Source of the DNA: Podospora anserina
Taxonomy: Eukaryota
Length of the DNA: 64,000 bases
Reading direction: 5' to 3'
Assembly: GCA_017654855.1 (NCBI GenBank)
Contig: CM030333.1
Location: 3,410,001-3,474,000, forward strand
Of the stretch, positions 62,117-64,000 are shown in pieces. The translations under genes were made by a program, and so were the position numbers. The notes below the pieces were generated by a model, which did no database searches, was not told the origin of the DNA, and saw only the letters and a program-made list of their open reading frames with translations. Position 1 is the stretch's first letter, and every line of letters starts with the position of its first letter.

Positions 62117-64000
62117 AGCCGACGTGGTTGCACCAGATATTCCTCAGGGAAAGAAAAGGAGGTTGAGGCAGGGGCCAAAGGCTCAACAAGGAAGACGATC
62201 CAACACATCTGCACGAAGTTCCGTGAACGGCAAAGCCTTCTTCAAGCCCAGGGAACATCCACACCCGAGGCGAGCCTATTGGCTTTCCAAGAAGTACACA
62301 CGTTTGACGATGCCGCCGCCGCCGGACTGCGTTCAACGTCACCGTCACCGTTCCCAAGCAAGTGGGGGTTTGGAGTTTCGGTCAACTCGCATTGTGGCCC
62401 TCGGTCAAGCTCACCTTGCTCCTGATCAGGACACAATTTCTCTTGACTTTTGCGCATCATTGCCCGCATGGACGTGTGTGTCTGCGTCTTTGCCCACCAC
62501 CGACATACCTATGATGCATTGACCTGGGCACCACCATCCATTGCTCACTGCAACACTGCAAGCCAGTTCATACTCGACCCGTAAGGTGAGATGGTTTGGA
62601 GTTGAAAATAAACGAGGCAGGGAATCGCCAAACGAATGATCTCGGACCCCTTTTTTACACATATTCACGCCAACTGTCCGGACTTTCGCCGAAGGGCAAG
62701 AAAAAAAAAAAACACGGACCTCTCTCTTTCTTTCTCTCTCTCGCTCTTCAAGTGTGGTTACGGAATGTTTCTGGAAGGGCCACCAACAAAACAGCTCACA
62801 CATCCTGTCCGCTCAGAAACATTCAGTTTTGGTAAACTGACCGTCAGTGTAGCATCGGCTTTGTTGCAAAAATGCGACGTTGATTTTTCTACGTTTTGTT
62901 AACCAGGTTACCATGTGTTTTTTTTTTCACCAGTCTTCCCCCCCTTCGCTTGCTTGTCTTGTTTCTATTTGGGAATTGCCTGGGCTGGGATGAGCCCTGT
63001 GTTTTTTTTCTGGAGTGAAAATAAATTTCCGATTACGATTTTCCGGTAACATCACGACATTCCGCCTGTTGGGGAACGGGGACACAGGCGAAAAGGTCTG
63101 GTGTGACGATGGACCTTGATGGCAAGGATAGGGCTGGGAGGGATGGGTGGGTAGGTGTGGGTGATATTGAGATTTTATTGTTGCGCACCACCCGTGACGG
63201 CATGTTGTGGTTTTTATCGATCGGTTTTTGGGGGAGGGGTTTGGGTGGATCATATCATTGATGATGTGATGATCTCTGGGGATTGTCATTAACACACCAC
63301 TTGTTACACTGTACAGACAAGGTAAGGCATCATCGGTTATCAGCCTCCTCGAGGCGTCGCCTCGGATGGAAGCATCTCATAATGGGCTCAATAGGTCGCT
63401 GACGATTTAATAACAACTCAAACGGCATACTATATGCATGACACTAATACCCTTTTCCTCGTAAGGCTCGACAACAACACCCACTGCTCTTTTTTTTCTT
63501 CTTCAATTTTTTAATTTTAATTTTTTTTGGGTGTGTACTGACTGATGACTGCCGAATGGACCTTGACTATATTGGGACATTTGTTAATATACTTCTTACA
63601 CATGCACTGCATGTCACTATAGCACGCCGCATGCGACTATACCTGTCATTCAGATGAATGAGACTGACTGCTGAGTGGGGAAAATGTCTTGAAAAACTCT
63701 CCGATGTGTCTCTTGTCTCTGCCTTGTGAGGTTTTGGATGTTTCTTTTCTTTTTTGTTTTTGTTTTTGGCGCTTGGAAAGAGGTTACACGGCAGGTTGAC
63801 AACCCGAAGCCGAGAGGGAGGAAGGGGGTGAGTGATCCGATCGTCGCTTTCTGGTCTCTTGTTACTTTTCCATTGCGCATTCCCATCAATTCTTTTTAAA
63901 AGGGGATATTTTGGGTCAGAATCTGGCATGTGAAGACTGAGCTGGAGATTTAACAGCAGGTGATGTATTGTATGAATACCCCATGGCTGCCAAGATAAGA

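Overview
Gene-dense eukaryotic DNA from a filamentous ascomycete. Short GT-AG introns with CTRAC branch sites, a dispersed 5S rRNA gene and a HET-domain gene point to a Sordariomycete, probably Podospora-like (inference). There are about 22 protein-coding genes: an SPX/SYG1-type gene cut by the window edge, CAF-1 large subunit, DUF3140, M50B-like peptidase, a secreted GH-like protein, purine-cytosine permease, HET protein, a G1 peptidase homologue, glucosidase II alpha, NDK, MRX11-like, DUF1115-like, SmD3, MMC1-like, UBC7, auxilin/SWA2, DUF1996, a PQ-loop protein and several hypotheticals. The best hidden feature is a decayed, intron-retaining pseudogene of an ATP-dependent DNA ligase (about 29.0-31.2 kb). 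It has 3 frameshifts, one at the catalytic KxDG lysine, and 2 premature stops, and the ORF track shows it only as fragments. Other points of interest are an in-frame, membrane-anchor-like N-terminal extension of NDK, a G1 peptidase lacking its catalytic Gln, a HET gene ending 90 bp from a sequence-variant 5S gene, a degenerate ~95-bp tandem array with a possible orphan gene at 51-52.4 kb, a C-rich to G-rich polarity across genes, and a ~9 kb stretch with no recognisable gene at the right end. I found no CRISPR array, tRNA or intact transposon, and no multi-gene novel system is demonstrated. Family assignments come from motif recognition by eye, not database searches.
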